Shown: positions 1 through 14,624 of the stretch, one piece after another
Layout: each line of letters opens with the position of its first letter
How positions within the stretch are numbered: the first letter of the stretch is position 1
NCBI RefSeq assembly: GCF_006345805.1
Contig: NC_043021.1
Coordinates: forward strand, 25,854,001-25,918,000
Direction of reading: 5' to 3'
Length of the DNA stretch: 64,000 bases
Origin: Octopus sinensis
Lineage: Eukaryota
The notes under the pieces: model-generated
The model's input: the letters and a program-made list of their open reading frames with translations, nothing else
Told to the model about the DNA's origin: nothing
Databases searched by the model: none
Program-made: the position numbers and the translations under genes

Positions 1-685
1 TAAGATGTAGATGGTGACAAGGTGTCTATGACTGTAACCTTCCTGTCTGTATTGGTTGTGGTCAGCAACATTTAGACTCATTAGATAAGTGCAACTATTG
101 TTCATAATGGTGATGATGATGATGTCATCAGTGATGGCAGCATCATTGGCAGCAGCAGCAGCAGTGTCATCTTTGTCGTCATTGTTGTCTATCAATTGAA
201 ATTCCTGAGGATGTTCACCTAATTTGCCCATATCATCAATATGTCACATTGAATGTGAGCCACTCTAAGGAAAATCCAAAGTATTGTTAGTTTCTACAGC
301 ATTTTTGAAATTGCTGCAACTTGGAAATTATGTCTGCATAAGATTTTATCTTCCCACATGAGCTTTTGTCATCAGCACTGCATGGTGTGTTAAAGGAATC
401 TTCAATTATGCAAAACTCTTGCCACCTACAGTAATAAACTGCACCTCCACCCGCTGAGTATGTATTCTAGTGGGAGCTAGTTATTATTTCAATCTTCATC
501 ATATTGCTTCTTAACTGTTTGTAGGGACACCATATTTTGTGCCCTGTGCTATTTACATCTCAATTTTAAAGTTATCTATACAGATTTTCTATAGAAATTA
601 GCACTGATTTTTTATATTTCATATCCAAATATGTCTATGTAAACAATGTGATAATAATAATAATAATTATGAAATTATTGTATAC

Positions 686-1392
686 AGTACCCAGGTGCAC
701 CGCAACTTGACAGAAAGTGCATATAAAGTGTATGCTGTAATGTAGAAATGTCTGGAAAGTGAACAGTGTATGAGTCAGATACATGCTTGCATGTGTATGG
801 AGGGGAGAAGATCAGGTGTAGTGTTGGCGAATCTCAGGAAGCATGGAAGTTTTGAAGGATGCAGTGCTCCAACAACTAACAACTGATGCCGGCAGTTTGT
901 TCCATGCTTCAGCAACTCTTAGCGTGAAAAAATGTTTCCGAAAGTCATGGGAGCTGTGCTGTTTTCTGACTTTGTAAATATGCCCACGGGTGTTAGACGG
1001 GTGGAGTTTGAAAAGGTGCTCAGAGTTATTGTTTGTAAGATGGCTAATAATTTTATGGGTGTCTGCCAAGTCAGCTGCCAGATGTCGGAGTTTCAATGCA
1101 TCCATGCCCAGAGAAGTAAGGCGTTCAGAATATGGCAAATGCCTGATGGAGTGTATTCACTTGGTTACACATCACTGAACGGTTTCCAGACGATTAATAT
1201 CCTGGGAAAGATAGGGGTTCCAGACCGGTGATGCAAATTCCAGGTGAGGCCGAACCATAGCTATATAAAGCCGCAGATAGATAGCTGGAGAGCGGCTCAC
1301 AAAGGACTTGGTGAGTGATGCCAAGACACCCTCAGCCTTCTTGGCAATTTTAGCGATGTGTTTTGTCCAACGCAAATCGCTGTTGACAATAT
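686..1392 (-). mobile_element. CR1/L2-clade LINE 3' fragment (ORF2 C-terminus + 3' UTR)
   Basis: VRPHLEFASPVWNPY...LETVQ and KHFFTLRVAEAWNKLP motifs, frameshifted; 3' end runs into an (ATT)n-like tail. Confidence 0.85.
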
Positions 1393-1956
1393 GAAGACAA
1401 AAAGTAGGTAATGGGTGTATATACATATTTCAGGAGTTTTTGTCCTTTCTTCAGCATCAACAGCCAAGCCATTAGCCATTCAAGACCATTTTACTTAAAA
1501 AGTGATTGAATAGCACTGCTAATACAATATTGATGTTTAAAACTTTCATATACTTTATGGTTGCATAACGAAATATCGTGTCCCTTCCATCAATTCATAC
1601 GTACGTAAACAATTACCAGTAATGTGTTTATTATGAAAAATCAGTATATTTGGTGGATATTTAAGCAATGTGTTTGTGAATGGTTAATGGGTTGGAATAT
1701 GGTACTGAAGAAAGATCAAGAACTCTTGAAATATGCCTATATACCCATTACTTATTTTGCTGTCTTTGATCAAATTGTTTACACAGACATATTTGTATAT
1801 GAAATGTCGTAACCAATCAGCACTGGCTCTAATTTCAATAGAAAATCCGTAGAGATAACTTTAAAAAGTCAAATTGTTTCTAGTAAAGCCCAACAACAGC
1901 ATGAGAAGAACTGGACCAAGAAGTGAGAGTATTGATGTGCCTAGTTTGTTTTGTAG

Positions 1957-2074
1957 ATTGTCAGAGATGAAGAAACAGCAAGCAGATTGGCAATGCATCA
2001 TAAAGATGAAACTAGAGAAAATCAAGAATCACTTGAAAATAAAGAACAACAACCAAACAGACCAGATTCCCCAG
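1957..2074 (+). CDS. Gene A internal exon (first in window): IVRDEETASRLAMHHKDETRENQESLENKEQQPNRPDSP
   Basis: Acceptor tttgttttgtag at 1955-56 and donor CAG|GTGAAA at 2075; open frame overlapping ORF 1987..2343; phase 0 to 1 matches the next exon. Confidence 0.75.
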
Positions 2075-5000
2075 GTGAAATTTTATTCTTCTCACACCTG
2101 ATGATTTCTGTTTTTGTCTTCTTTCCAGCTTCTCCCACCTGTTCTTATATAATGCAGCAGCAAGATACCTATGCCTGTGCCTCTCTCCTACTTCAGCCTC
2201 TTGACACTGGACATGAAGCCATCTCCCACTTTACTGTAATCCCCAATCGATCAAAGGAGTCTTTTCCTTTGACTTGTGAATTAATTGGCTTCCCCTTGAA
2301 ACTGGTATCATGGAAAGAGCAACCAGTACACTCTGTAAAGTGACTGGCATTAAGAAGGGTATCCAGCCATAGAAACCATACCAAAACAGATATTGGGGCT
2401 TATTGGATCCTAACACACAGTCCAACCCATGCCAGCATGGAATATGGACATCAAATGACGATGATGATTTAGTTATGTGATGCCCTAAACTCCACTTTTA
2501 CCCCTTTTAGGGATTCAACCAGGAGACACTATATTCATTTTGTGTTGTCTTCTTGGCTGTTAAGAAGCTTTCATTCCAGCCCTGCAATTTTACAAAAAGG
2601 TATTTAATCAAACGATATTCCTAATCCATAAACTGGTAAATCCTATTTTGCCTTGGAACCTAACTTTTGAGCATTGGGGGTTATTCAAACAATGGTGCAT
2701 TGATGACATTCAGATACTAATTATTAACCCTTTATTCTGCAGTTCAGCACCCACCCTGTTGACCCTAGTAATTTGTGGGTTTGGTTCTCACTGTTGTTGC
2801 CATTGTTATTGTTGTTGTTGTCGTGGTTGTAATATTTTGCTTTTGTTGTTCTCACTGTTGCTGTTGCTTAACTCCAAGTCAGTTGAGTAGGCCTATGATG
2901 AAAGACATTCCAGTTATGACCATTCCATCCTCTTCCTAGTCATTCTATACCTAGGACTATATTATTTGATGTGTCACTCTCTTTCCATGACAATGTGGTA
3001 TAATTTGAAAAAGGTTTGTTTACTATTTCTAGCATGTCAAACGACCAGTTTGTAGTGCCTGCTTTGTCTCATTGTCGTATGGCTGCATGTTTAAACAGTG
3101 GAATAAGCCATGGAAAGATGTCGTTATAGTGGTCTATAAACTAAGTTATACCACAGTTATATATAGGACCATAACAGCTAGTTGGTGAAGGTCATCCCTG
3201 TTCCTGAATAACATCTATCTATATAAACTGCAATGGGGTTGCCTATCAGAAAAGCTTCTAACCTAGATATTGTGGTAAAGAAAATCTCAGATATTCTCCT
3301 TTAATTAAATAAGACCTGTATGACCAGCTGCCACAGTTGATGTGGGGCCAGGAAAGGATCTAAGTAGAATGAATAGGAATTATATTTTACAAGGGGTTTA
3401 TTTCAACATTTGTTTCATCTTTAGTCTAAATGCTTGTCTGTTCTATCATGGGGGAGGGGGGGTTAATTATCATTGTAGATAAATATAATATCAAAAGAGC
3501 AGGTCAGGTGTCATAGAAAACAGTAGTTCAAAGTAAAATAGAAAGCAGTTTGTATGTTTTTATAAACCAATAGCTCATGCGTTAGAATAGAACAGCAAGT
3601 TGCATAAATATGTTTGTAGGTATTTGTTGTATATAAATATTCATGGATCAATGTTCAGTATGTGATTTTTGTGGAAAAAATGTGCTATATCAGATATATG
3701 TGAATTGCACTAGTTTCTCCTTTTAGAGTGGCACAAAAAAAAAAAGTAATAATAATAATAAATAAAAAGGAAATAAATAAACATAGTTATTACAAGAACT
3801 ATCAGAAATAATTTACTGCTTTGAGTATTTGTTCAGCTAAGCATGCATTTTGTATTGGGACAAATAGAAAAAATACTCTTTTTGAAATAGCGATTCTATT
3901 GTTACAACGGATAAAAAAGATTGTATTATCAAAAGCTGTAATGGTTTGTGGCTGTAAGCAGTAATGCCTTATAACAGTTATGTAAGCTACAATGGCTGGT
4001 AACAGTAGTATGCAAGCAGTGCAGTGAATTGGCCCAAACTGTTAGAGGAATTATGCATGATGCTTTGCAATATCTGTTTTGGTTCTTTGTGTTCTGACAG
4101 CAAAGCCTGCAATGACACAAGTGTCAAGCGGTGCCAGATTTAACCAGCTGCATATCTCTTGGATAAACATTGATTGATTGATTGTATGGAGATATGTTGA
4201 GATTTTCCTTGGACATGGCATGAAAACTCACCAATGTCTCAAAGGAGTGAGTGTCGTGGAGTTCAGTTACATCCAACAAACACTGAAGTTTTTCCCCAAA
4301 TCCAGGGTTTTTATAACTGCTCAACTTGACTTTAAAGAATCGAAATTACATAAAATATTCTTTAAATAACTCTTAGAATCCTTATATGAGCAGTTATATT
4401 AACCAATGGAAAAACGACAATAATATTTCTTCGGCAATACAACATTACGTCATATTGCCAGCTACCACAAATTGGCACCTTATTTAAAAATGGCTACTTG
4501 CTACAGACAGAACATATGCGTGGGCCAGATTTCATCAAAAGAATTTTGCGCCCCCACATTTTTGGGAAGATGTATGGTCAACTTTGACTGATGGAGCCTC
4601 CACCCACTTCCATCTAATAATACAATGTTCATCTTAACAACTAGAATCGAGTCAAAACAATACTTTGTATTGTATAAAACAACCTGCATCATACAAGAAG
4701 TCCTAAAGGCCTTCATCTGTGCTGCTGGTTGTCCGTCTCTGATGTAAAAAATGGTTTTCAGAAAGTATTTATTGATGTAGATCAGTTGAGGATATTGACA
4801 AGCATCTTCTGTAAACAACATTTATATAAATGTGGATATATCAACACTGCCATCATCATTTAACATCCACTTTTCCATGTTTGCTTGGGTCAGGCAGGTG
4901 TCACCAACCTTTACCTGTTTCCAAGCAAGGTAATAAATATTTCTGCATGGCCAGGCAGCGTTTCTCATGGAGGATTGGAAACAAACAACATTGCTTGCAT

Positions 5001-5879
5001 GATAATGATGTTTGTTTACAACCATCGTGTAATGTCAAGGGTACACACACATTCACAGATATCTGAAAAACAAATAGACACCGTCATTTGTTTTGATCTC
5101 TTTTGAGGGGGAGGGGTTATGAATGATTTATTCCTAGAATCAAAATAATGTCATTTGATGCATTTAAATACTTAATCTAGTATTTAAAAAACATAATGCC
5201 CTGTGTAGTTTTTAATGATTTAATTAATTTGGACATCATACTCATAAGTAGTGTCCACACAGATAATAAGGTATAATTAGGAGTGTCTATTTACTTTCGA
5301 GATGTCTGTACACATATTCACACACACACACACACATGCACACACACATGCAGATACCCCTACATGCATACACACACACACACACACACAAACATCTTTC
5401 AGTTTCTGTCTAAATCCACTCAAAAGGTTTTGGTCAATCTGAGACAAGAACAGAATACATTTGCCAGAGATGCCCCACTGTAGAACTGAACTCAAGACCA
5501 TATGGTTGAGAATCGAGCTTCTTAACTATACAGTCACACCTATGCCTATGTTTGTAATTAGAAATAAGAACTTAGTTTCGTTAGACTTTTGGCTTAATGA
5601 TTCCACACCCTAAGAACACATGTTAATTATTTATTGCAGAGGGTTTTTTTATTCCCCAGCTCCACTCTCAGACTAAACAAATTATTCACCCTTCTTCATT
5701 ACTCCTTTGTATCTGAGTACAACATGGTAAGAGAGAGAAAATTGCTAGCACTGGACTTTTTTGGTCCCTTAAAAGAAAGTCTACATAGCAAATCAGTTCC
5801 GTTGAAATGGGACAAAATCGAATGTATATAGATTGGTTGATCCATGGTTTTATCATACATCATATTTGTTATTATAGAC

Positions 5880-6312
5880 GCAAGCATGGCTTTCTGTTAA
5901 GGAATTCACTTTGCAACCACGTGTTTTCAGGTTCATTCCCACAACACAAAACCTTGGACAAGTGTCTTCTATTATGGCCAGAGCCTGGTGAGTGAATTTG
6001 GTAGATGGAAACTGTGTGGAAGCCTATTTTATATTTATCTTCACTTAATACTGTCTCTGCTGCTAATATATGCCTATTATGTGTGTGTGTGTATATTAAT
6101 GTATGTGCACGTGTGTGTTTGTCCCCTCATTCCCACTGCCTGGCAACTGGTGTTGGTTTGTATTCATTCCCAAAACTTAGTGGTTCAGCAAAAGATATTG
6201 ATAGACTTAGTACCAGACTTTAAAATATGAAGTACTGGCATCAATTTGATCAACTAAGCCCTTCAAAGCTCCAGTATGACCATAAGTTCTATGAAATAAG
6301 TAAAAAAAAAAA
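5880..6312 (+). mobile_element. SINE family A (tRNA-like head, core, TG microsatellite, CR1/L2-type tail)
   Basis: Colinear with copies at 7596, 13985, 23909 and 43618. Confidence 0.75.
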
Positions 6313-6879
6313 TGAAAGACAAACCAATACGTCTAAATTCAGTACATTTACTGTCACAAATAGATACATTTTCTCAGCTACAGTTTTTGTACTTTTACAA
6401 ATCTCATTTCAATAATTTTCATACTTATTAACCCATGTTGTATTCCTATTGATCATAATTAATGAATTAATGCTTTGCATATTTTTATTAAACATAAATG
6501 AGAAAAGACTTTGGCTCTTTTAATGACCCTTTTTCCTTTTTTCCGTTTCATTCTATGTTCTTTACATGTACGTCTAGCACTCATTGTTGTCTTTCTTTAC
6601 TCGACTTATGCGTCCACTTTCTGTGCCCTCTTTTAACTTTTTCCAATGAGTTGTAGTGCACCTTACCTGGCAGAATTGTTACCACATCAGACAAAATGCT
6701 TTGTGGCAATTCTTCCAGTTCTTTGTGTTCTGACTTCATCCTTTCAGAGACCAATAAAATAAATTACCAGTCAAATGCTAGGGTCAATGTAATCAAGTAA
6801 CCCACCTACCCTTATAATTCCTGCCCCTTGTGCTAAAATTAAAAAGAATTTATTATTATCATGAACCCTCACAACTTAT

Positions 6880-7400
6880 TTTGGTGGATATGATGGAAAG
6901 TGTCAGCTGTCCACAGCCGGCAGACTAAGGTGACACTTGTTTACTAGACATGCTTCAAGAAGCCTGCCAAGAATTCTTGCAGTTCCAAGCAATGCTTATC
7001 TTTGTAGGTGTTCTACCTTCAAACTTGTACCAATCTTTAGTTGAGTGCTGATACTTCCAACTGCACCAATTACTACTGGTATCATGTCTACTCTCCTTAT
7101 TGACCTCAGCCTTCCTATTTCCCACTTCAAATCATCATAGTTGTTCAATTTCTCTTCTTCTTTCACATTGTCATCGGGTCATGCTACGTCAACTATCATG
7201 CATGTTCTTTCTTTTTTTAATTCACCACAACAATGTCCAGTTTCCAACATCTGGTCAGGTGATTGCACTGAATCATTGCATCCCACAGGATTTTGCAACT
7301 CTCATTCTCAGTGATTCCTTCTGGGATTTGTTCATACCACGTCTTTGCTCTTTGTAGGCCGTAATTTCCACAGAGCTCCCAATGGAACATTCTTGCCATA
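6880..7400 (-). mobile_element. R4/Dong-like (restriction-like endonuclease) non-LTR retrotransposon 3' fragment
   Basis: HWELCGNYGL..AKTWYEQIPE..ENESCKILWD..IQ, DIVVV, IPVVIGAVG, ALLGTARIL motifs. Confidence 0.75.
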
Positions 7401-7595
7401 TTGTCATGTGGTCTTTATCATCATCATCATCATTATATTGTTTTAACTTTGTATGATATACCAGTTGTATTTGATATTTTAAATACGACATTGAAAGAAT
7501 GTGGAGGACAGGATATTTTATGGCAGAGTGGTTAGGGTAGGAAGAACACCTAACCCTATAGACTATGACACCAACTCATAAACTACTTTTAACAT

Positions 7596-7986
7596 AGGCA
7601 TGGCTGTGTGGCTAAGAAACTTGTTTTACAACCATGTGGTCGGGGGTGGGGGTGGGGGTGCAGTTCAGTCTCACTGTGCAGCACCTTGAGCAAGTGTCTT
7701 CTACTTTAGCCCCAGGCTGACCAATGCTTTGTTACACAGAAACTGTGTGGAAGCTCATTGTGTGTGTGTGTGCCTCTGTGTGTCCCTGTCATACACACAC
7801 ACACCTTACTAATTTTCAGCTGGTATTGGTTTGTTTACAGCCCTGTAGCTAAGAAATTCAGCAAAGGCACTGACAGAATAAGTACTAGACTTAGAAATAT
7901 ATCAGTGCTGGAGTTGACTTGTTCAATAAAAACCCTTCATGGTGGTAGCCCAGCATGGCCACAGTCTAATGATAAAGGATAAAGAC
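7596..7986 (+). mobile_element. SINE family A
   Basis: aggcatggctgtgtgg head, cagttcagtctcactg B-box-like, gcccagcatggccacagtc tail. Confidence 0.8.
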
Positions 7987-8015
7987 ATTGATCTTCTTCT
8001 TCTTCTTCTTCTTCT

Positions 8016-8056
<41 letters not shown>

Positions 8057-8570
8057 TGCTTTTCTTCTTCTTCCGCCTCCTCCTCCCCTTCCTCTGCATC
8101 ACATCACTCACGGACATCAGCTCCAATTCAAGAGCACAGACTGCTTTTCATTGGAGTTTTCATGGCTTCACTCTCAGACCAGCTGCATGGTTTGCCAGTC
8201 CACGTGCAGGATGTTATTATGAGACACCATTCGCACGGCTGGCTATTGGCTCAATGAGTTCCTCCATCTTTTGAAAGGTCTTATTTTCAGCTCTGCACAG
8301 TGTCCACAACATCCTCCACACCTGGCAAGCCAGATAGTGGGGGTGAGGTGGGGAGAGTGAAGGCCAGTTTAGTCACTGACCACCATCTGACCATGAAACA
8401 GGTAGTACTGGGATACATGGTACCAGAAGCAGGATTTTCCTCACTTGACCTGAATCAAAATAAATAGGTCATATGATGGCCAGATGGATTTTAATTGCAG
8501 TGACTCAGTCTCTTGTTGGGTCGCAACTAGTCCTCTTCCTAATTCTAATTTTCTTTTAATTTTATTGCAG

Positions 8571-8782
8571 TCTTGTCAAACACTAATGAAGAACAGGAAT
8601 CTGTAACGGAAGAATTAGATTTAGCCAGGAATGAAGATGTCAGCCCTGATTTGATGCCAACCCAGTGGGAATCGGAGAGCTTAAAGACATCCATGTCCCA
8701 GCCCTGCCCTCCTCCTGGCTCTCCTACAAAGCAGAGATACATATCAGCCTCACTGCATGGCCAAGCAAGGAATACACTGGGG
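8571..8782 (+). CDS. Gene A exon (LSNTNEEQ...ARNTLG)
   Basis: Acceptor ttttaattttattgcag, donor GG|GTAAGT; phase 1 to 0; lies in ORF 8573..8869. Confidence 0.85.
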
Positions 8783-8892
8783 GTAAGTAAAAGCAGTTGT
8801 ATTGAGGGGTGGGGAGTGATGGTGATAGTAGTGGTGGCGATGGTGGCAGTGGCAGCAGGCAGCTGGTAATGATGCTACTGCCATTGTGGCTG

Positions 8893-9011
8893 TTTGTTGT
8901 TGTTGTTGTTGTTGTTGTTCTTCTTCTTCTTCTTCTTCTTCTTCTTCTTCTTCTTCTCCTCCTTCTCCTCCTCCTCCTCCTCCTCCTCCTCCTCCTCCTC
9001 CTCCTCCTCCC
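8893..9011. repeat. Compound trinucleotide repeat (TTG)n(TTC)n(CTC)n
   Basis: Direct inspection; similar compounds at 7995-8091, 15447-15501 and 15712-15790. Confidence 0.95.
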
Positions 9012-11137
9012 CACCTCCTGCTGACCAGGGGTTATCTCTAATTTCTATATCAATAAGCAGATAAGGCATAAAACCCTTCCTGCTCTTCAGAGTATCACAG
9101 TCAGCTTTTCACCAAAGAGCAGGATTGAACTCACATCATTTCCATAGAGTTCCCATGGGCCACAACAGTGAATTGTGTCACCTACTGTAGCCTAGTTGTA
9201 CTCAGCCATTTCAAGGCTTTTTGTTCCAGTCACAGACACCGTTCTGTACAAAGGAACAGAATATGAACAGACAGAGCTCTTTATTAACAGGTCAAACATT
9301 CACAATTTTATCTTTGAATTTTAAAATAGTTTAATTATCTTGAATTTTTATTATTTCTATCAACCATTGGGTGGAGGGATGTCAAGGGGAAGCCAAACTG
9401 GGGCAACTACTGCAAGCAGAAACAGGGTCAAAACGAAATTACTTTGTAAACTTAAACATTATGCAGCCATGATTATTAAGTAAGAAGCTTGCTTCCCAGC
9501 CACATGGTTCTGGGTTCAGTCCCACTGTACAGCACCTTGGGTTCCTTCCAAGTGGATTGGGTGGGCAGAAACTGAAAGACGCCCATTATGCGTGTACGTA
9601 TGCACATGTGTATACACATGCATTGCATGCACGCATGTGTGTGTCTGTTTATATCTGTGTCTATCTCCCACAAAACCTGACAACCAGAGTTGGTTTGTTT
9701 ACATCCATGTAACTTAGTTGTTTAGCAAAAGGAACCAATAGAATAAGTACCCGACTTTAAAAATAAAACAAACACTGTGATCGATTTGTTTGGCAAAAAG
9801 CCCTTCAAGACGGTGCCCCAGCATGGCAGCAGTGCAATGACAGAAACAAGCAAAAGATAAAAGGTTGTTGTGCTACCAACTAAAGTCATAACAGACAGAG
9901 AATAGTCCACTCAGACCAACGAAAAGTACTTTTGGCCAAAAGGGAAGGGAATCCAGCCCTCCTCGAAACCATGCCAAAGCTGGCACAATGTAGCCTTGTG
10001 GCTCGTTGGATCCTATCAAACCATCTAACTCATACCAGCTTGGAAGACAGACGTTAAATAATGATGATGATGATGATGACGACGACAATGACGATGATGA
10101 TGTTATAAGTCTCTTTTTCTCCTTTTTTCATAGATGTCAACTCAAACTTCTTTGAGTCTGCAACTGACTCAAGCCTCTTTCAGTTTCCATGTTGACTTCC
10201 TGCAGATTGTCATTTGTCTCTGAGTTCATCTAGCTTTTATATTCTGAAACCACTAAATTACCAATCTCTGTTGAGTGGCATATTCTTCACCAAAGAAACA
10301 CTTGACATTTACAACCATTTACTTGATGCATTTCCTGATGAGAATAAAGTCTATCTGGCTGTGTGCTTGCTTGATTGGTAAATGATCACGTGACTGGACG
10401 GCTGGTGGTGGGGGGTCGTTTTCATCATAGAACTGCAGCTGTCTTCATCTATCATCATTCTACTTACCATACACACCCATAGCCTCCATGTACACCAAAC
10501 AAGTGATTAATGGTGTCAACCCAGATTAATTAAGCCAAACCTAAGCACAATGAAATAATATCAATTCAGAAATTACAAAGTTAATTTGATGCTCTCCACT
10601 TTCTCTTGCCATTTGCTAGTCAAATTTCTATCAAATATTAACTATGTTCTCCTTAAAAATAGTTGCTTGGCAACAGTGAGTGGAATGAGGGGGGGTGGCT
10701 GTAGGTTTGATATTAACCCGTTTATTGCAAGGGAGGTAACTAGTGCCTTCTCAAATTTCTTTTTGTCGAGCACCCCTCCCCCCACTCCCTCCGTCTCACT
10801 CTTAAACTTGCTACGCCACATAATTTAATTTTCATTTTAAATAAATTATTAGACTTCTCATTGTCCAGCCATTATTCAAGCTGGCTCTGAAAGCTTCTGC
10901 AATGTTATCTCACCATTTTGAGACCACTGACACCCTGATTGTTTTTGCATTTGGTATCTTTCAGTGAATTTATTTGTTTCAGTTGTTGGACTGCGACCAT
11001 GCTGGGGCACCACCTTGAAAGGTTTTAGCTTAATAAATCACCCCCCCCCCAGTAATTATGCTTGCGTCCTGTTAAGTTTGGCACTTATTCTATCGGCCCC
11101 CTTTTGCCAAATAATTTCTCTTTTTCTTAATTAATAG

Positions 11138-11774
11138 GCTAACAAAGAAAATATGGTGAAAAATTATAATTTGACTAATGAAGCCCTCAATTATCCAAGT
11201 ACAGTTCAACCTCCAATTTTAGATTCACAGAAATCTCCCCAGAATTCAGTTTTGCATTCAAGATCTTTGTTCCATAGAAATCAGCAACCACCATCAACAC
11301 CACCACCACCACCACCACCACAAATGACAATTCCATTTAACAGTGTTGCTGCTTCCTTTCCAGCACCTCTAAGAAATCTGAAAAAAGAATCTTCATTTAA
11401 CAATCATTCCAATAAAATTAGAAGTGATGAGTTAGCTGATGATAGCTCAGCAGAACAATTGGTTCCCAGGGCTAAAATGGCACCAGTTAATGTACTGCAC
11501 CAAAAACCACCATTGAGGTCTGCTCTTGTAGCCAGAAACAACATTCCTCAGCCTGGAATGAATTCAGAAAGTAATTCCAACAACAACAACAATATCAACA
11601 AACCTTGGTCACCTAAACATCCACCTCAAAGAAGTATAACTGCTTTAAACAACTCCAGGAAAATGATGGATCCCAAAGGATCACAGAATATTCATGGAGC
11701 TTCAATATCATCCCTTTCAAAAGACTTTCTACAGTTGAATAGGTCAAATTCTTCAAATCTCACACAGAATACAG
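11138..11774 (+). CDS. Gene A large exon (ANKENMVK...LTQNT), P/S/N-rich
   Basis: Acceptor tttctctttttcttaattaatag, donor CAG|GTTGGT; 637 nt open; phase 0 to 1. Confidence 0.9.
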
Positions 11775-12170
11775 GTTGGTATATACAACTATTTTGTTAA
11801 CATTTTCACATTCTTAACCCTTTCTCAATGAAATTAAATGTCATGGTTATTCCAGGAATGATATTAAATTTCTACCCAAAAATAGAATTGGCATTTTCTG
11901 CATGTCACGTTGCCTCAATAAACTTGACATATCTCAACAGAAAATGGTTTCAAACATGACATTCCTCAACAAAAGATAGATTAGTATATAAAACTGCTTT
12001 CTGCAGTTAAGGGAAATGTAATTTTGAGTGGATGTATGTGATCCCTGCAGTAAAAGAGTTAGTTCACCTTTAAATCTTTCTCTTACATCAATCCTCCCAG
12101 CAGAGAAACAAGGATTAATTAATTAATTTCAAAAGCAGTGAAATGTCTCATAGTTGTTGCAGTTGTTGTT

Positions 12171-12203
<33 letters not shown>

Positions 12204-12412
12204 TTGCAGCTGCTGTTGATTTTTCATTCTCACCCACTCACCCAAATTAACTTGCTCAGATAAAACTATGGTCAGAGGTGTTTCAACCAAGAACACCCTA
12301 ACTTTTAGAGATATCTAGAACTATATTATATTCGATGTGTCCCTTTTTCAAAACAATAACAAGTAATTTGGTGGAATTTTGCTGCTATTTCTGTTTGAAT
12401 AATCACATAGAG

Positions 12413-12613
12413 CAGTGCTTTTCAAACTTTTTGCTGGAGCAGAACCCCAAGGAAACATTCCACTGGCTCGAGGAACCCCTGTGCAATAATTTAATAGTCT
12501 TATGCACACATATCTGCACAGGAGAATTAAAAATTACTGCCGATTTTAGCAGTTTTGTAACTTCTTGCAGAACCCCTGGACTATACTGGCGGAACCCTGG
12601 TTGAAAACCACTG
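12413..12613. mobile_element. hAT (Charlie-like) MITE
   Basis: TIRs cagtgcttttcaaac / ggttgaaaaccactg; perfect 8-bp TSD ACATAGAG. Confidence 0.9.
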
Positions 12614-13984
12614 ACATAGAGGCTTACTCGTTGTTTTGTCAATTCACCAGATTGTTGTTAGTATTTAGCTTTAGCTCAGCTTTGATCAAGGATACTTTAT
12701 AATTAAAGGCAATCCAACTGTGACCATCCTGTCTGTTTGTATATCATGTACTATATCATTTAATCTGTCTCTATCCATTTTTCAAGATGATATGATGGTA
12801 GGATGTTTAAGGGAATTTGACACCTATTTCTAGCAGGTTGAACAACCATAGCAACTCCCCCATCAGATCACTATTGTAAGCAGGTTGTGTAGTATATGAT
12901 GGCGCCAGTGTTTCGTTTGTTTTGGGGCTGAACTCACCTTTTCATCTTGACTATGAGAGAGGGAAAGGGAGAGAGAGAGAGAGAGAGAGAGAGTAATGGT
13001 AGAGAACACTTCTCCAGTCTCCCTTGAATTCTACTTGGATACAGTCATCAATGGAACCCGAACAACCTGAAAATCATACAGTATCTTTTCCCTGTAAGTA
13101 AAGAGAAATGAGGTTGTGTGTATAATTAAGTATCTTTAAACAAAATAGACTAACCAAATTTTACTTGCTGCACTTTTGAACTCAAGCTCCACAAGGTGAC
13201 AGTCAAATATTTTCCTATCAAGTGTACTTCTTGGTCATCTCCCTTTGACAACATTATATGGAATTCATACATTATTTCCAATCAGATGATGTATATGCAG
13301 TATCACAAGGTCTTAGTACAATTGGTTTTAAATTCATACTATACCACTGTCATCTGCTACACTATGACACTATTATTTGCCATAAAATGACACTCTTTCC
13401 TACTACGCTATGATGCTATTATCTGCTACCCTGTGACCTTCTGCATTATGACTTCTTTCATTCATCAAAGGTGTTGTATAACTTCATTGAAGCCACATAT
13501 AATCATAGCAGTTAACCAGCAAGTTTTGAGAGCAGCATTTGACATGTTTTGACCTGCAGATCACAGTTGTAAATAGATAAAAACTCAGCTTGTTTTCAGT
13601 ACACCAAAAGCTAATGTTATCTTGTAAGAAGTGCTTTTCAGATATTAAAAGCTTGAGCATTTGATTGAAATGAGTTGAAAAAGTAAAAGAATGCAAGTTT
13701 ACCATAAGTAGAGAAAATGTCTTGACGCTTTAGTCAGAATTCTTCATTGGTAACTACAATCTAGTAAAAAGTCCTTTTCAAAATGTTAGATATTTCTTCC
13801 CCTCCTGGAAACTAAGACATCCCATATTTTCAAGTGAATAAACCTCCTGTAGTAATTATATTTGGCTTGAGTTGAAAAGACTGGAGATATGTGTACCTTT
13901 AGTTCAGCTGGGAGAGTGTTGGACTGGGGACCTAAAGCTCCCTTGTTCAATCCCAGGTTTCAGCATTTCACAACTTATACTTTT

Positions 13985-14440
13985 AGGAGAAGTCATGGCT
14001 GTGTGATTAAGCAGCCCACTTTGCAAGCATTTGGTTTTGAGTTCAGTCCTGCTGTGTAATGCCTGGGGCAAGTGACTTCTACTATAGCCTTGGGCTGACC
14101 AATGCCTTCTGAGTGGATTTAGAGGATTGACACTGAGTGAAAGACCATTGTGTGTGTGTGTGTTGTGTGTGTGTGTGTGTGCGTGTGTGTGTGTGTGGTG
14201 TGTGTGTGGTGTGTGCGCGCATGTGCGTGTGTGTGTGTGTGTTTCGTGTCATTGTCTTCCCTGACTAATGGTCAACAACTGCTGGTTAGTTTGTTTACAT
14301 CACATAACTTATCAGTTCAGCAAAAGAGACCAGACTTAAAAATAAGTACTGGAGGGGATTTGTTCAACTACAATTTTTCAAGGCAGTGCTCCAGTGTGGC
14401 CACAGTCCAACAATTGAAATGAGTAAGAGATAAAAGATAG
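13985..14440 (+). mobile_element. SINE family A
   Basis: Head, core, (TG)n, ccagtgtggccacagtc tail. Confidence 0.8.
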
Positions 14441-14624
14441 AGACACAAGAGTGGAAATTCAAGGGAAAGTGTTAGTCAATTACTTCAACCCCAGTATTTG
14501 GATGGTATTTTAACGACTCTGGGGAGACAAAGAGCAAAGTTAGCCTTGGCACGATTTGAACTCAGAACATCAAAAGCCAGAAGACATTTTGTTCACTACT
14601 CTATCAATTCTGCTAATCCACTGC

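Noticed and set aside
300-383. Possible extra upstream exon of gene A
   Set aside because: Weak donor (GTGTGT) and an unconvincing peptide; cannot be tested without the upstream sequence.
7939-9069. Poly-L, poly-R, poly-C, poly-E ORFs
   Set aside because: Trinucleotide microsatellites in introns; the real exon ends at the GTAAGT donor at 8783.
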